From a virus: a stretch of DNA of 64,000 nt. Every line of letters begins with the position of its first letter. The first letter of the stretch is position 1. The notes under the pieces are model-generated. The model did not search any database. It was not told the DNA's origin and saw only the letters and a list, made by a program, of their open reading frames with translations. The stretch lies in IMG/VR virus record IMGVR_UViG_3300027896_000013; one strand, 5' to 3'. Position numbers and translations under genes: made by a program. Shown here one piece after another: positions 48,839-59,094 of this stretch.

Positions 48839-49234
48839 ATGGTCGATATTGAAAGCTACATTACAGAACTTGATAAAGATCTTCAAGTTACTGCTTTTAA
48901 CATAAAAGAAGTTCAGATGAGGTTACCTGCTATTAAACATAAGTGGGTCGGTAGATTTATTAGACATAAGATAGATTTGTTCAAAAAGCTTGCAGCTCGT
49001 GACGCAAAAGCCAAAGAAATGAGAAATGCTATTATGGATCAATCTCCTGTTAAAATCACTGAACCCGCCGCTGATAGAGTAGCCATAAACAGTCAAACTA
49101 TCAAAGACATGGACGCAGAGATAGATAATCTCAAGCTTGTTCTCGAATTCTTGGAAAAATCAGAGAAGACTTTAAGCTCAATGACATGGGATATTAAGAA
49201 TATGGTTGACTTAATTAAGGCAGAGCAATCATGA
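48839..49234 (+). CDS. uvsY: Recombination mediator
   Basis: D..I...L.....P..KHKW and FLE....L..M.WDIKN.V; directly upstream of uvsW; start from promoter spacing. Confidence 0.78.
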   Translation: MVDIESYITELDKDLQVTAFNIKEVQMRLPAIKHKWVGRFIRHKIDLFKKLAARDAKAKEMRNAIMDQSPVKITEPAADRVAINSQTIKDMDAEIDNLKLVLEFLEKSEKTLSSMTWDIKNMVDLIKAEQS

Positions 49235-50694
49235 TAAAATTTTATTTGGATAAGGGTGGTAAGTACGCTGTAATAGAGACAGATCACCTCACAGAGATAC
49301 GAGAACACTTCTCAGTTGAGAACGATAATGCTAAATTTATTAAGCGTTTTAACCGCTTTGCTTCACCTCGACAGTACGCAATTACACCTACAGGTAGATT
49401 TGATGCACCTCTATTCTCGGAGATATTAAAGTATTTGTTAGCCAGTAACAACACAGATGAAATCGTAATAGAAGACTCCGAATTTAAACACTGCGTATCA
49501 CCTGCAAACCATCTTTGGGGTGCTGACCATTCAACGGAGCCGTATAAGCTGAATCTAGAATTGAGGGATTATCAAGCGGATATTGTTAATAAGTGTTTAG
49601 TTGTAGGTAGAGGTACGGTTGTATTAGCGACAGCTGGTGGTAAAACACTTACAATGGCTTCACTTATAAGTCGAGTGTTTACGTTTTTTAAATCAACTAA
49701 CCACGCGGACGATTTTAAGTGTTTGGTTATTGTACCAGATAGAGGTTTAGCATCTCAAACGTATAACGATTTCACATCTTACGGTGTACCTTTTACATTC
49801 TCGAAGTGGACTGGTGATGATGCTCTTAATCTGTCTAGCAATGTCATCATTGCTAATGCTGGTATAATGCAAAGTGAGAACAGCAATCTAGATTGGGCAG
49901 AGTTTGTTGATATGTTGGTCGTAGATGAAGTTCACAAGGTAAGAAAAGGTAACCAGATAACGGATCTAATAAAAAATATCAAGACATACTGCAAATTCGG
50001 CTTTACTGGTACAATGCCAGAGGGATTACTTGATCAATGGAATATCATCGGTAAAGTCGGACCTATAATCTATGAGAAGAATAGCACCTCATTGAGAAAG
50101 GAAGGTTATATATCCAATGTAATCTGTCAAGTCATTGAAATATCTTATAAGGATATACCTGCACCAGTTGAAGACAAGATGAAGGCATACAGAGCAGAGC
50201 TTGAATTTATTATCAGTAATCAGTATCGCAACAACGTTCTAGGTACTTTAGCTAAAAATGTAACAAACAATTCACTAATCCTAGTAGACTTCATCGAGCA
50301 TGGGTTGATTCTTGAAGAAATTCTTAAGAAAATGTGCACAGACAAGCAAGTATTCTTTATTAGAGGTTCAGTCGAAATTGATGAACGAGAGAGAATTAAG
50401 CAGCTGATAGAAAGCAATACTAACGTAGTTGTTGTTGCAATATCAAAAATCTTCTCAACAGGTATTGATATTAAGAATTTACACTACATTATATTCGCAG
50501 GTGGAGGTAAAGCTAAAATAAAAGTATTGCAGTCAATCGGTCGCGGGCTGAGATTACATACATCAAAGCAAAAGCTGACTCTTATTGACATAGTTGACGA
50601 TTTAAAATATGGCAACCGACATGCAGATAAAAGACAAAATTTATATGAAAAAGAAAACATCCCCTTCTCAATCAAAAAAATTGAAGAAGCTTGA
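49231..50694 (+). CDS. uvsW: DNA helicase
   Basis: LRDYQ, ATAGGKT, VDEVH, GFTGT, FSTGIDI, LQSIGRGLR, DIVDD. Confidence 0.92.
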   Translation: MIKFYLDKGGKYAVIETDHLTEIREHFSVENDNAKFIKRFNRFASPRQYAITPTGRFDAPLFSEILKYLLASNNTDEIVIEDSEFKHCVSPANHLWGADHSTEPYKLNLELRDYQADIVNKCLVVGRGTVVLATAGGKTLTMASLISRVFTFFKSTNHADDFKCLVIVPDRGLASQTYNDFTSYGVPFTFSKWTGDDALNLSSNVIIANAGIMQSENSNLDWAEFVDMLVVDEVHKVRKGNQITDLIKNIKTYCKFGFTGTMPEGLLDQWNIIGKVGPIIYEKNSTSLRKEGYISNVICQVIEISYKDIPAPVEDKMKAYRAELEFIISNQYRNNVLGTLAKNVTNNSLILVDFIEHGLILEEILKKMCTDKQVFFIRGSVEIDERERIKQLIESNTNVVVVAISKIFSTGIDIKNLHYIIFAGGGKAKIKVLQSIGRGLRLHTSKQKLTLIDIVDDLKYGNRHADKRQNLYEKENIPFSIKKIEEA

Positions 50695-51289
50695 TATTGT
50701 TGAAAGCTTGGTGGATGCAGATATTATTACTGCAGATCCGACAGATGCTGACATCAAAGAGCTTGCAAAGATTGTACCTGTAGACATTGTCGGTGAGGCT
50801 ACACTCACTGTGAGCATTGTAAACGGTAAACCAAAGAAGATACGCAAGAAGTCAAAAGCAAGTGAAAGAGAGCACTATGTTAATGGTAAGGAGTTTGAAG
50901 AGCGTATTAAAGTGTTCTACGATACGGGTAACATATCAGATGAATTGGCAGATTCAATTAATAAGATAGCGAATGGTTTAAGTTTTGCTCCAAACTTCAT
51001 CAACTACTCGTACAAAGATGATATGGTAGGTGACGCCATCGTAAAGATGTTCTCAGCTCTAAAAAATAAGAAGTTCATGCTCAATTCAGGTTTCTCACCT
51101 TTCTCATACTTTACCACAATCGCATTTCATGCATTCATCAACAGAATAAAAAAGGAGAAGAGGTATCACGAAGCTATAACAGAGTATAAAGAGAAGGTAT
51201 ACACTGATACAATGCATCAAGTTGGTACAGCAACAAGCACTATCTACGTCGAGCCTGTAAGCAACGGTAACGAGGATAATGGCGAATAA
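50645..51289 (+). CDS. gp55: Late-transcription sigma factor
   Basis: HYVN.KEF, IANGLS..PNFINYSYKDDM, PFSYFTTI.F.AF..RIKKEK; alternative start 50609. Confidence 0.9.
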   Translation: MKKKTSPSQSKKLKKLDIVESLVDADIITADPTDADIKELAKIVPVDIVGEATLTVSIVNGKPKKIRKKSKASEREHYVNGKEFEERIKVFYDTGNISDELADSINKIANGLSFAPNFINYSYKDDMVGDAIVKMFSALKNKKFMLNSGFSPFSYFTTIAFHAFINRIKKEKRYHEAITEYKEKVYTDTMHQVGTATSTIYVEPVSNGNEDNGE

Positions 51290-51291
51290 TT

Positions 51292-52326
51292 ATGAAAGTA
51301 GCTATCTGGAGCGATCTACATATCGGTACTCACGCTAATTCACTCTTCTGGCATAAAGTTGCGCTAGATTGGACGGATTGGTTTAAGAGTGAGATACTTA
51401 AGAGGGGTATAACTACAACCTTATTTCTCGGAGACTTCTTCGACGATCGAGATGAGATTGCAGGTAATACGCTCGACGTAGCGGCTGACATATTAAACAA
51501 ATTTCGCGATACACAGCTCGTAATGATACCGGGTAACCATGATTGTTTTTATAAAGATCACTCAGGTGTTAACTCTGTTAAAATCTTTAGCGGTTGGAGC
51601 AATATAAAGGTATGTAACACTGTATCGTCTATAGACTTTGGTAATTCATCTGCTACATTTGTACCTTGGGGTGGCGATCTTAGCGAAGTTAGGTGGACAC
51701 CGTATCTATTTGGTCACTTCGAGATTAACTCATTTAAGATGAATGGGTCTAAGGTATGCGATAAAGGAATTGATAAAGAGGTTCTATTCAAATTATCACC
51801 TCAAATATTCTCCGGTCATTTTCATCAACGCGACGTTCGGCAGTACGATAAAAATTCTATCATGTACGTTGGAAATGTTTTTGAAACAAATTTTGGTGAA
51901 GCAAATTCTCCAAAAGGTTTTCATATTCTAGATTTTGATACAGGTGAAATTGAATTTGTAGAAAATAAACTCTCCCCGAAGCATATTAAAATATTCGTAT
52001 CGGAATGTTTAAAAAATTCCGGCATTACACCTGAGCAAAGTGAAAACATAAAAGGAAATATTATTCGTCTGATAGTTGATAAACAAATTCCCGCAGATGT
52101 TATTGACGCGTTACAAGCCAAAATAAAATCATATCAACCTGCTGCAGCTACAGTAGAATTTCTAACAAACAGTAATATAATTGATGTTAACGATGCTATA
52201 AAAAGCAGTGATTTATCCGATGTAAGTGTAGAAAAGGCTATAAATGAGTTTATAACGTTCCTCGAGACACCTAATAAGGATAAAATCACAGAAGCTTGTA
52301 TCGATTTCTATAACAAATGTAAATGA
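51292..52326 (+). CDS. gp47: Recombination endonuclease subunit (Mre11/SbcD-like)
   Basis: SDLH, LGDFFD, GNHD, GHFE, SGHFH. Confidence 0.92.
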   Translation: MKVAIWSDLHIGTHANSLFWHKVALDWTDWFKSEILKRGITTTLFLGDFFDDRDEIAGNTLDVAADILNKFRDTQLVMIPGNHDCFYKDHSGVNSVKIFSGWSNIKVCNTVSSIDFGNSSATFVPWGGDLSEVRWTPYLFGHFEINSFKMNGSKVCDKGIDKEVLFKLSPQIFSGHFHQRDVRQYDKNSIMYVGNVFETNFGEANSPKGFHILDFDTGEIEFVENKLSPKHIKIFVSECLKNSGITPEQSENIKGNIIRLIVDKQIPADVIDALQAKIKSYQPAAATVEFLTNSNIIDVNDAIKSSDLSDVSVEKAINEFITFLETPNKDKITEACIDFYNKCK

Positions 52327-54149
52327 AACACGTAATCTTTAAAAAACTAACCATGCAGAACTTCATGTCTATTGGCAAAGAGCCTGTAGAAGTGGTGTTT
52401 AAGCAAGGTGTCAATGTTATCACAGGTACTAATAAGGATAAGATCGATCGTCGTAACGGAGTCGGTAAAAGCTCTGTTGCGGACGCGTTATTCTTTGCAA
52501 TGTACGGTAATGTCTTGCGACCTATTAAGAAAGAAGCTATAAAGAACGATAGCACAAGGGGAACATGCTCAGTATCGTTAGAACTAGATGTTGTTAGTGA
52601 AAGTACTACACAGTCAGTACGTATATCTCGTGAGCTAGAACCATCAAGAGTATTGTTGGAGATAGATAATGTTGACAAAACTCGAGATAGTATTGCGAAC
52701 ACGACAGAATATATAAGCGAGCTGGTAGGTTGTAACTCGGACGTGTTTGAGAATTGTGTTGTTATGACTCTTAACAATGCTTTACCTTTCATGTGTCGTA
52801 AGAAACAGGAAAAGAGAGACTTCATTGAAAGCATCTTTAACTTAGAAGTTTTTAGTCGGATGTTGAAGGAAGCGAAGGCTGAATATAGCGATTGTAAGTC
52901 TGATCTAGATGTTGTAGCAGGTCGTAAAGATGAAGTTAATGTTTCAATAACAACCATTAAAAACCAGCAATCAACATTTGAAGCCACCAAACTTCAAAAA
53001 ATTAACAGGTTGAAGGGTCTTATTACAGAGCTACAAGAAGATAGAGTTGATCAAGTCGATAAGCTAAACAAAGAAGTAGACTTAAGCGAAGACGAGATTT
53101 CAACACTTAAGAATTTTATATCTGTGATCTACCCTGAGAAGGAGCAAACACTTAATACTGAGCAGCAGACGGTTTCCAATCTCATAGCTGAAAAGCAAGC
53201 TAACATACAATCCGCAAAGACCGCTTTAGCAAAGATGAATGCAAACATGGATAACTGTCCAGTGTGTTTAAGAACCATAACACCTGAAGATAGAGCTCAT
53301 GTAGATGCAGAACGTGAAAGTACAAACTTGATTATAGCAGCTAACGAAGATGTCGTAAAGAATCAAAAACTGGTAGCTCTTAATGTTTTGCAGTGTTTAA
53401 CTGATCTTAAAAAAGAGAAGAGAACTGCTGATAGTAAGATTGAGACACAGAATGCTAGAGAGAAAGTAAAGACCAATATAAAGAATGCTATAGCTGCGAT
53501 AGACACTAATATAGCAAGCGTAAACAATCAAATAGCTGAAGCGCAAAAAGAAGAAGCTCCGCTTGATACCTTACTGGATCAGCAAAAGGATAAACTTAAA
53601 GAGATAGATGAGAATATTAAGACGTGTAATGATAAACTGAACTTATTAAATCAGGTTAAGTTTGTCTTCTCTGAAGAAGGTGTTAAATCTCTTATTGTTA
53701 AAAGAGTGTTGAACATATTCAATACACAGCTAGCTTACTATTTACAAAAACTAGATTCAAATTGTACGTGTGTTTTTAACGAGTATTTTGAGGAGGTTAT
53801 CGTCAATGATAAGGGTAAAGAGTATTCTTACTTCAGTCTCAGTGGTGCAGAGCGCAAAAGTATAGACTTGGCTTGCTTGTTTACCTTTATGGATATACGC
53901 AGGCTTCAAGGTAATGTAGCATTCAATATTAGCATATTTGACGAGCTACTTGATTCTAGTTTAGATGCGAAGGGTATAGATCTAGTTCTCTCAGTGCTTA
54001 AAGAGCGCGTTGATAAGTTTAATGAGTGTGTTTACATTATCAGTCATAGAAAAGAAAGCACTAAGATGGCTACTGGTGAAGTTATATATCTTGTAAAGAG
54101 TAACGGTGTATGTACCCGGGTGCCTTATAGCGAAACGCATGCTAGTTAA
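52323..54149 (+). CDS. gp46: Recombination ATPase subunit (Rad50/SbcC-like)
   Basis: NGVGKS, CPVC hook, LSGAE, FDELLDSSLD, ISH. Confidence 0.93.
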   Translation: MKHVIFKKLTMQNFMSIGKEPVEVVFKQGVNVITGTNKDKIDRRNGVGKSSVADALFFAMYGNVLRPIKKEAIKNDSTRGTCSVSLELDVVSESTTQSVRISRELEPSRVLLEIDNVDKTRDSIANTTEYISELVGCNSDVFENCVVMTLNNALPFMCRKKQEKRDFIESIFNLEVFSRMLKEAKAEYSDCKSDLDVVAGRKDEVNVSITTIKNQQSTFEATKLQKINRLKGLITELQEDRVDQVDKLNKEVDLSEDEISTLKNFISVIYPEKEQTLNTEQQTVSNLIAEKQANIQSAKTALAKMNANMDNCPVCLRTITPEDRAHVDAERESTNLIIAANEDVVKNQKLVALNVLQCLTDLKKEKRTADSKIETQNAREKVKTNIKNAIAAIDTNIASVNNQIAEAQKEEAPLDTLLDQQKDKLKEIDENIKTCNDKLNLLNQVKFVFSEEGVKSLIVKRVLNIFNTQLAYYLQKLDSNCTCVFNEYFEEVIVNDKGKEYSYFSLSGAERKSIDLACLFTFMDIRRLQGNVAFNISIFDELLDSSLDAKGIDLVLSVLKERVDKFNECVYIISHRKESTKMATGEVIYLVKSNGVCTRVPYSETHAS

Positions 54150-54188
54150 CTTGTTGATAAAGCATAACACGGAATATAATTAATAACA

Positions 54189-55412
54189 ATGATACCACAG
54201 TCACCATTTGCATCTCCATTTCCGGTTCCGTTTCCGAAGATGTATCCAGCCTTACACAATGAGCCACCCGCTCATATGCCGATGCACCCACCAGAAGCTA
54301 ATTTTAGACGTGCTTTGAACTACTACGCTGATTATAGCGGTTGCGGACATTGGCGAATGATATGGCCTGAACAAGTTATTAACGCTCACAACAAGATGAC
54401 GGTTCACGGTACCACCGTAATGTCCTTTGACCCTCGCTATTTCGTTGGTGTTAAGTGTGTACGTATTCAACGTCAAGCAACTGAACACCAATTAGCGTTT
54501 GTAAAAGGTTTAAGAAAATTAGCTGACGCTCAAGGCTTCCGCATTGTGTACGAGATTGATGATGTTATCTTTAGTGAAGATATCCCTGATTATAACAAGT
54601 ATAAGCCAGCGTTTACTGATCCAAAGATTCGTCAGTGTTCGCTCGAGATTATGTCTTTATGTGACGAGGTGACTGTTACCTGTGAGTTTATGAGGCAGTA
54701 CTACATGAGTAAGACTGGTCATAAATGTATAACGGTTATACCAAATTATCCACCAGAATTCTGGATGGGTAACCATTACAGAGCAAACAAAATTGAAGAT
54801 AACTATCGAAAGTTCTGTTGTGGTAAGAATGCAAAACCTCGTATTCTTTATCCTGGTAGCGGTGCTCACTTTGACGTAGAGAACCGTACAAATCAAAATG
54901 ATGATTTTGCTCACGTTCGTGACGCTATAGTTAAGACAATGGACAAGTATCAATGGGTATTCTTCGGTGGTTACCCATTACCTCTCCACCAGTTCGTACA
55001 ATCTGGCAAGATTGAGTTCCATCCATGGAAACGCTTGTATGAGTACCCTAAACACATTGCTAGCTTGAATGCAAATATAATGGTAGCACCTCTATGCGAT
55101 AATAACTTTAACAAAGCAAAGAGTGACCTTAAGCTAATAGAAGCAGGTTGCTTTGGTATTCCGATTGCTTGTCAAGACATAGAGACATACAGTGAATCAC
55201 CAGTTAAGTTTAAAACCGGTGATGAGATGATTGATCAGATAGGTTTAATGATCAAGAATCCTGGATATTATAAAACTCTAAGCAAAGGTGGTAGAGAGAT
55301 GGCAGAGAAGAGATTCCTTGAAAGAGATGAGAACATCGACAAATACGTCGAGATGTATACTCTACCATATAAAGATGAGAAGCGCGTACTTCTAAATAGT
55401 ATCAACAAATAG
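54189..55412 (+). CDS. GT-B glycosyltransferase upstream of DNA polymerase
   Basis: GCGHWRM.WP, VYEIDD, VIPN, APL.DN.FN.AKSDLK.IEAG. Confidence 0.75.
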   Translation: MIPQSPFASPFPVPFPKMYPALHNEPPAHMPMHPPEANFRRALNYYADYSGCGHWRMIWPEQVINAHNKMTVHGTTVMSFDPRYFVGVKCVRIQRQATEHQLAFVKGLRKLADAQGFRIVYEIDDVIFSEDIPDYNKYKPAFTDPKIRQCSLEIMSLCDEVTVTCEFMRQYYMSKTGHKCITVIPNYPPEFWMGNHYRANKIEDNYRKFCCGKNAKPRILYPGSGAHFDVENRTNQNDDFAHVRDAIVKTMDKYQWVFFGGYPLPLHQFVQSGKIEFHPWKRLYEYPKHIASLNANIMVAPLCDNNFNKAKSDLKLIEAGCFGIPIACQDIETYSESPVKFKTGDEMIDQIGLMIKNPGYYKTLSKGGREMAEKRFLERDENIDKYVEMYTLPYKDEKRVLLNSINK

Positions 55413-55413
55413 C

Positions 55414-55441
55414 TTGAATATTATAAAAAGTCAATTATTAT
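55414..55441 (+). promoter_or_regulatory. Sigma70-like promoter TTGAAT-N16-TATTAT
   Basis: 6 nt before gp43 ATG. Confidence 0.75.
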
Positions 55442-55447
55442 ACAGTA

Positions 55448-58237
55448 ATGTATAGAAATGCAGTTTATCTTCCGAAGAATAAGATAATTCGACTGTACTC
55501 ATGGGATATGCATGGTAAGCGAATATCCTATGATACCTCGTTTGAACCTTATATCTATCTTGAAACGTCTTACGAAGGTGATGCAAAGAGCATATTCAAT
55601 ACAGCTCTCAGAAAGAAGACTTTTAGTGCTCAATACGAGAGATACAAATACGTAGCTGATAATGAGAGTCAGCGTATTTTTGAAAACTTACCCGTTACAC
55701 AACAGTTTCTAGTCGATGTCTTTCACGGTAAAAATGAAGCACCCGAATTTTCGCAGTTTCCTCTTAAGTTAATGTTTATCGATATCGAAACAGATACACA
55801 TGACCATAAAGATTCTCAGATGGTGAAGATTCGTAAGATCAATTCCGGGAACGAAAGAGAGATAACTCTTGGAGAAATAAGGCAGAGCAAGGAATTTCAA
55901 AAAGATTATGAAATTTATGATGATGGTAAATGGTTAACATATCATTCTACATGTTATGCTATAAATGTCTCATTTCCTAACACCGAGCAAGCGAATCAGG
56001 AAGTTAATATCATAACAGTATATGATTCATTATCACAAAAATACTACACTTGGAGTACACGCAAATGTTCAAAAGAGATAGAAGATTGTGTATATGTTGC
56101 ATGTAATACAGAGAAACAAATGTTCTTAAAGTTTCTTGAATTCTACGAGAGTGATTACCCTGACATCTTGTCAGGTTGGAATTCAGAAGGCTTTGATATA
56201 CCATACATTATTAACCGGTTAAACGTACTATTCGGTGCAGATTATGCTCAAAGATTATCACCGGTTGGTAGAATGTCTTCACGTACGTTTATGTCTAGAT
56301 TCGGTAAACAGCAAGTACGTTGGTATATTGAAGGTGTTTCTTGTATTGACTATCTTGACATTTATCGGAAGTTTTGTATGTCTCAGCGTGAAAACTATAA
56401 GTTAGGTAACATAGGTGAGACAGAGTTAGGTGAGAGCAAGGTTGACTTTGGTGATCAAACTCTAGCTGCGTTGTCTGACACTGATTGGGATCTATTCGCT
56501 GAGTATAACGTAACCGACGTTAAGCTATTAGCTAAGCTTGAACGCAAGCTGAAATATCTTGAACTTCTACGATCTATCGCATATGCTGGTTGTACTACGT
56601 TTGAAAGCGCTTTAGGTACATTATCGGTTGTTAACGGGTTATGTGCAATAAAAGCTCGTTCTAAGAATCTTAAAATACCTACATTCAACCGCGAAGATGG
56701 AGAGGGTAAGAAGAACGAAGGTGCTTATGTTGGTGAACCACAGAAAGGGTTTCAAGAGCATATCGTATCATTCGACGCAAACAGTCTATATCCAAACGTG
56801 ATGATATCTCTCAATCTATCACCAGAGACGAAGATTGGTAAGATTATAGAGAAGACTGATACACACGTTACTATTGCACACGTAAATGGTCAACGCTTTG
56901 ACATAACTCATCAAGGTTTAAAGGATTTCCTTAAAGCAGAGAAGGTGACGATGTCAATGGCATCTGTTCTCTTCTCACAAAAAGAGAAGGGTATTGTACC
57001 TGATATTGTAGATAGCTATTACAAAAAGCGTGTTGAGATTCAAAAGAAACAAGACAAATTTTCTCGTGTATTATCTAATACCGAGCAGGAGATTAAAAAG
57101 CTAAAGCAAAGTGGTGTTGACGTAGCTGATAAAGAGGCAGAGTGTGTACAACTTAAGAAGGAGATTGAACAATTCAATATTCGTCAGCATACAATCAAAA
57201 TTCTTATTAACAGTATCTACGGATACTTCGGTAATAAACACGCTCCGATTGGTGATGATGATTTAGCACGGTCAGTTACCCTCACAGGTCAAGCAGCTAT
57301 TAAGCAGTCGAATTGCTTAATGCAAGAATACATACAAACTAACGCTAATCTACCTGATGATTACCTGAAGAGTTATGATCCTGTTATATACAATGACACT
57401 GATTCATGTTATATCTCGCTAAAGAAAGTAGCTGAAGCTAAAAAGTTAACGATGATTGGTGCTAACGGTCAAGTTACCCAAGAATATCTAGACGAAGTGA
57501 GTAGAATTGATACACATCTAAACACAGGTATTAAGAAATGGGGAGAAGATGCTTTGAATTCTCATGATTGTAGGTTAGTTTTTAAACGAGAAGTTATTGC
57601 AGATAGTGGTATATTTCTATCTAAGAAGCATTACGTTCTGCATATTTTAAATAATAAAGGTATTCCTTGTGACAAATATAAGTACGTCGGTGTAGAAATG
57701 GTTAAGACAACGATGCCTAAGAATATTAAACCTTACGCGAAGAAAATCGTTGAAACAATGTTGAAAACAAAGGACAAGGTTCAAGTCGATAAAGTGTTTA
57801 ATGAAGCGTATGAAACATTCAAATCATTAAGCATAGAAGATATTGCTCACGTTAGTGGTATTACAAACTATAACAAGTTTGCTGATAAGTGTAATGAGTT
57901 TACTACAGTAAAGGGTATGCCGAAGCACGTCAAAGCTGCATACTTTTATAACTTACTTCTTAAGAGGTTTAGTATTGATAACAAGTATGAATCAATTTCT
58001 TCAGGTGATAAAATTCGATATATCTCAGTGCGCCAACCGAATAAATTTGGGTTGAAAGCAGTAGGATACAAATATTACTACCCGCAAGAGTTTAAGGAGT
58101 TCTTTGAACCAGACTACGAAGAGATGTTTGATAAGCTAATGTTTAGCGTTATAGAGAGGTTCTATCAAGCGGTAAATTGGCAGATCAGAACACCATCTAT
58201 GAATACTCAAACGGATCTATTCGATCTGTTTAGTTAA
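55448..58237 (+). CDS. gp43: Family B DNA polymerase
   Basis: DIET, GWNSEGFDIPY, YN..D, SFDANSLYP, KILINSIYG, YNDTDS. Confidence 0.96.
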   Translation: MYRNAVYLPKNKIIRLYSWDMHGKRISYDTSFEPYIYLETSYEGDAKSIFNTALRKKTFSAQYERYKYVADNESQRIFENLPVTQQFLVDVFHGKNEAPEFSQFPLKLMFIDIETDTHDHKDSQMVKIRKINSGNEREITLGEIRQSKEFQKDYEIYDDGKWLTYHSTCYAINVSFPNTEQANQEVNIITVYDSLSQKYYTWSTRKCSKEIEDCVYVACNTEKQMFLKFLEFYESDYPDILSGWNSEGFDIPYIINRLNVLFGADYAQRLSPVGRMSSRTFMSRFGKQQVRWYIEGVSCIDYLDIYRKFCMSQRENYKLGNIGETELGESKVDFGDQTLAALSDTDWDLFAEYNVTDVKLLAKLERKLKYLELLRSIAYAGCTTFESALGTLSVVNGLCAIKARSKNLKIPTFNREDGEGKKNEGAYVGEPQKGFQEHIVSFDANSLYPNVMISLNLSPETKIGKIIEKTDTHVTIAHVNGQRFDITHQGLKDFLKAEKVTMSMASVLFSQKEKGIVPDIVDSYYKKRVEIQKKQDKFSRVLSNTEQEIKKLKQSGVDVADKEAECVQLKKEIEQFNIRQHTIKILINSIYGYFGNKHAPIGDDDLARSVTLTGQAAIKQSNCLMQEYIQTNANLPDDYLKSYDPVIYNDTDSCYISLKKVAEAKKLTMIGANGQVTQEYLDEVSRIDTHLNTGIKKWGEDALNSHDCRLVFKREVIADSGIFLSKKHYVLHILNNKGIPCDKYKYVGVEMVKTTMPKNIKPYAKKIVETMLKTKDKVQVDKVFNEAYETFKSLSIEDIAHVSGITNYNKFADKCNEFTTVKGMPKHVKAAYFYNLLLKRFSIDNKYESISSGDKIRYISVRQPNKFGLKAVGYKYYYPQEFKEFFEPDYEEMFDKLMFSVIERFYQAVNWQIRTPSMNTQTDLFDLFS

Positions 58238-58665
58238 GCTTGAACACCAACCGGTTGTGTACCAGGTGTAGCTCCAGCTGCTGGATTAGTTGCCGCACCT
58301 TGCTGTGGTTTAGATGTTGCTGGTGAAACTGGTGCACCCTGCGGTTGTACAGGTGTCTTCGATGCAGGCGACTTAGCAAGCATATCCTGTATAGCTTTTG
58401 TTACTGCCTGTACATGCTTAGGATCTTTAAGACCTTGCAATGCAGTTGCGAGAGATTGAACAGCATCAGTCGCTGCTTTAACCTCAGGTGCATTAGGATT
58501 TGCTTTATCACCCTCTGCAGTCTGAGCATTAGCTGGTGCTAAGTTCTGCGGATTTTGTGGCCCACCGGCATTTTGTACACCAGTCGCGGGAGCTTCTTCA
58601 TTTAGATGTTTGATGTAAGAGTTGTAAATCTTTGTAAACTCGGTTTTGCACAATGGTTTCGGCAT
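58234..58665 (-). CDS. Putative internal head protein (Ala/Pro/Gln-rich)
   Basis: F.KIYNSY..HLNEE N-terminus; TAAATA 5 nt upstream. Confidence 0.55.
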   Translation of the reverse strand: MPKPLCKTEFTKIYNSYIKHLNEEAPATGVQNAGGPQNPQNLAPANAQTAEGDKANPNAPEVKAATDAVQSLATALQGLKDPKHVQAVTKAIQDMLAKSPASKTPVQPQGAPVSPATSKPQQGAATNPAAGATPGTQPVGVQA

Positions 58666-58723
58666 ACAATTATTTATAAGATCCTGAGTGGATTTACCGG
58701 CAGGTAGTAGTTAATATCTATAT

Positions 58724-59089
58724 ATGGAACAACAAAAACTAACAACCTTTATCGACCAAACCGGCAGAACCATTATCGGTATTCTCGCTAGTGAAACGCC
58801 TGAAACTATTATTGTCAAGGATCCTGCGATTCTTTATGTGCAACCTACCCAAGATGGTAAGCTAAACGTCCAAACAATTCCGCTCTACTTCCGTGAATTT
58901 ATTGGCGACAAGCATAAGAATGATGGTACGCTGTGGGTATACAACAGAGCAGGTATCACACTGGGTCTTGACATTGATAACGATCAACGTCTCGTTACGC
59001 AGTATAACAACTTGTTTAACGCACCTATTCAATCGGCTCAGCCGACACCCGCTACTACGCCCGCCGTAGTTAAACTGTTTGATAACTAA
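58724..59089 (+). CDS. Hypothetical protein (Sm-like fold possible) upstream of uvsX
   Basis: GRTIIG..P..L pattern; TAATAT 6 nt upstream. Confidence 0.55.
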   Translation: MEQQKLTTFIDQTGRTIIGILASETPETIIVKDPAILYVQPTQDGKLNVQTIPLYFREFIGDKHKNDGTLWVYNRAGITLGLDIDNDQRLVTQYNNLFNAPIQSAQPTPATTPAVVKLFDN

Positions 59090-59094
59090 TCAAT

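Noticed and set aside
52286-52990. 234-aa antisense ORF and other short shadow ORFs in the track
   Set aside because: Fully overlap well-supported genes on the opposite strand or frame, with no motifs or promoter
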